Position numbers and translations under genes: made by a program
Notes under the pieces: model-generated
Databases searched by the model: none
Told to the model about the DNA's origin: nothing
Seen by the model: only the letters and a program-made list of their open reading frames with translations
Shown: piece by piece, positions 7,241-7,322 of the stretch
Layout: each line of letters opens with the position of its first letter
How positions within the stretch are numbered: position 1 is the first letter of the stretch
Assembly: GCF_000150275.1 (NCBI RefSeq)
Contig: NW_002061247.1
Coordinates: 1 to 7,322, forward strand
DNA length: 7,322 bases
Direction: 5' to 3'
DNA from: Trichoplax adhaerens
Lineage: Eukaryota; Animalia; Placozoa

Positions 7241-7322
7241 TAGTTGCTTATGGTCAAAATAGAGGTTGGATTGGATTACTACTGCGGCTATCACGGTGGA
7301 CTTAAGATTGCATCACTCAGAC

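Overview
Probably eukaryotic, AT-rich, repeat-dominated DNA from a gapped assembly (N-runs at 3004-3416 and 4960-5228). I recognise no gene, RNA gene or CRISPR array. The well-supported content is three tandem arrays: a purine-rich 25-bp minisatellite (594-838, ~10 copies), an 88/89-bp array rich in internal inverted repeats (1594-2203, 6 full copies plus 1 decayed), and a ~153-bp array with A-B-A-B organisation (4152-4722, 4 copies). There are also clusters of palindromic TACAGTAC/GTACTGTA motifs, several small inverted and direct repeats, and protein-like but broken reading frames that may be decayed genes. The two best leads are (i) the mutually exclusive hairpin registers of the 89-bp unit, with one compensatory change, and (ii) a by-eye similarity between the reverse complement of the 89-bp unit and half of the 153-bp unit. 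If real, (ii) would make the two arrays diverged inverted arms of one element. Both leads are hypotheses that need computation.
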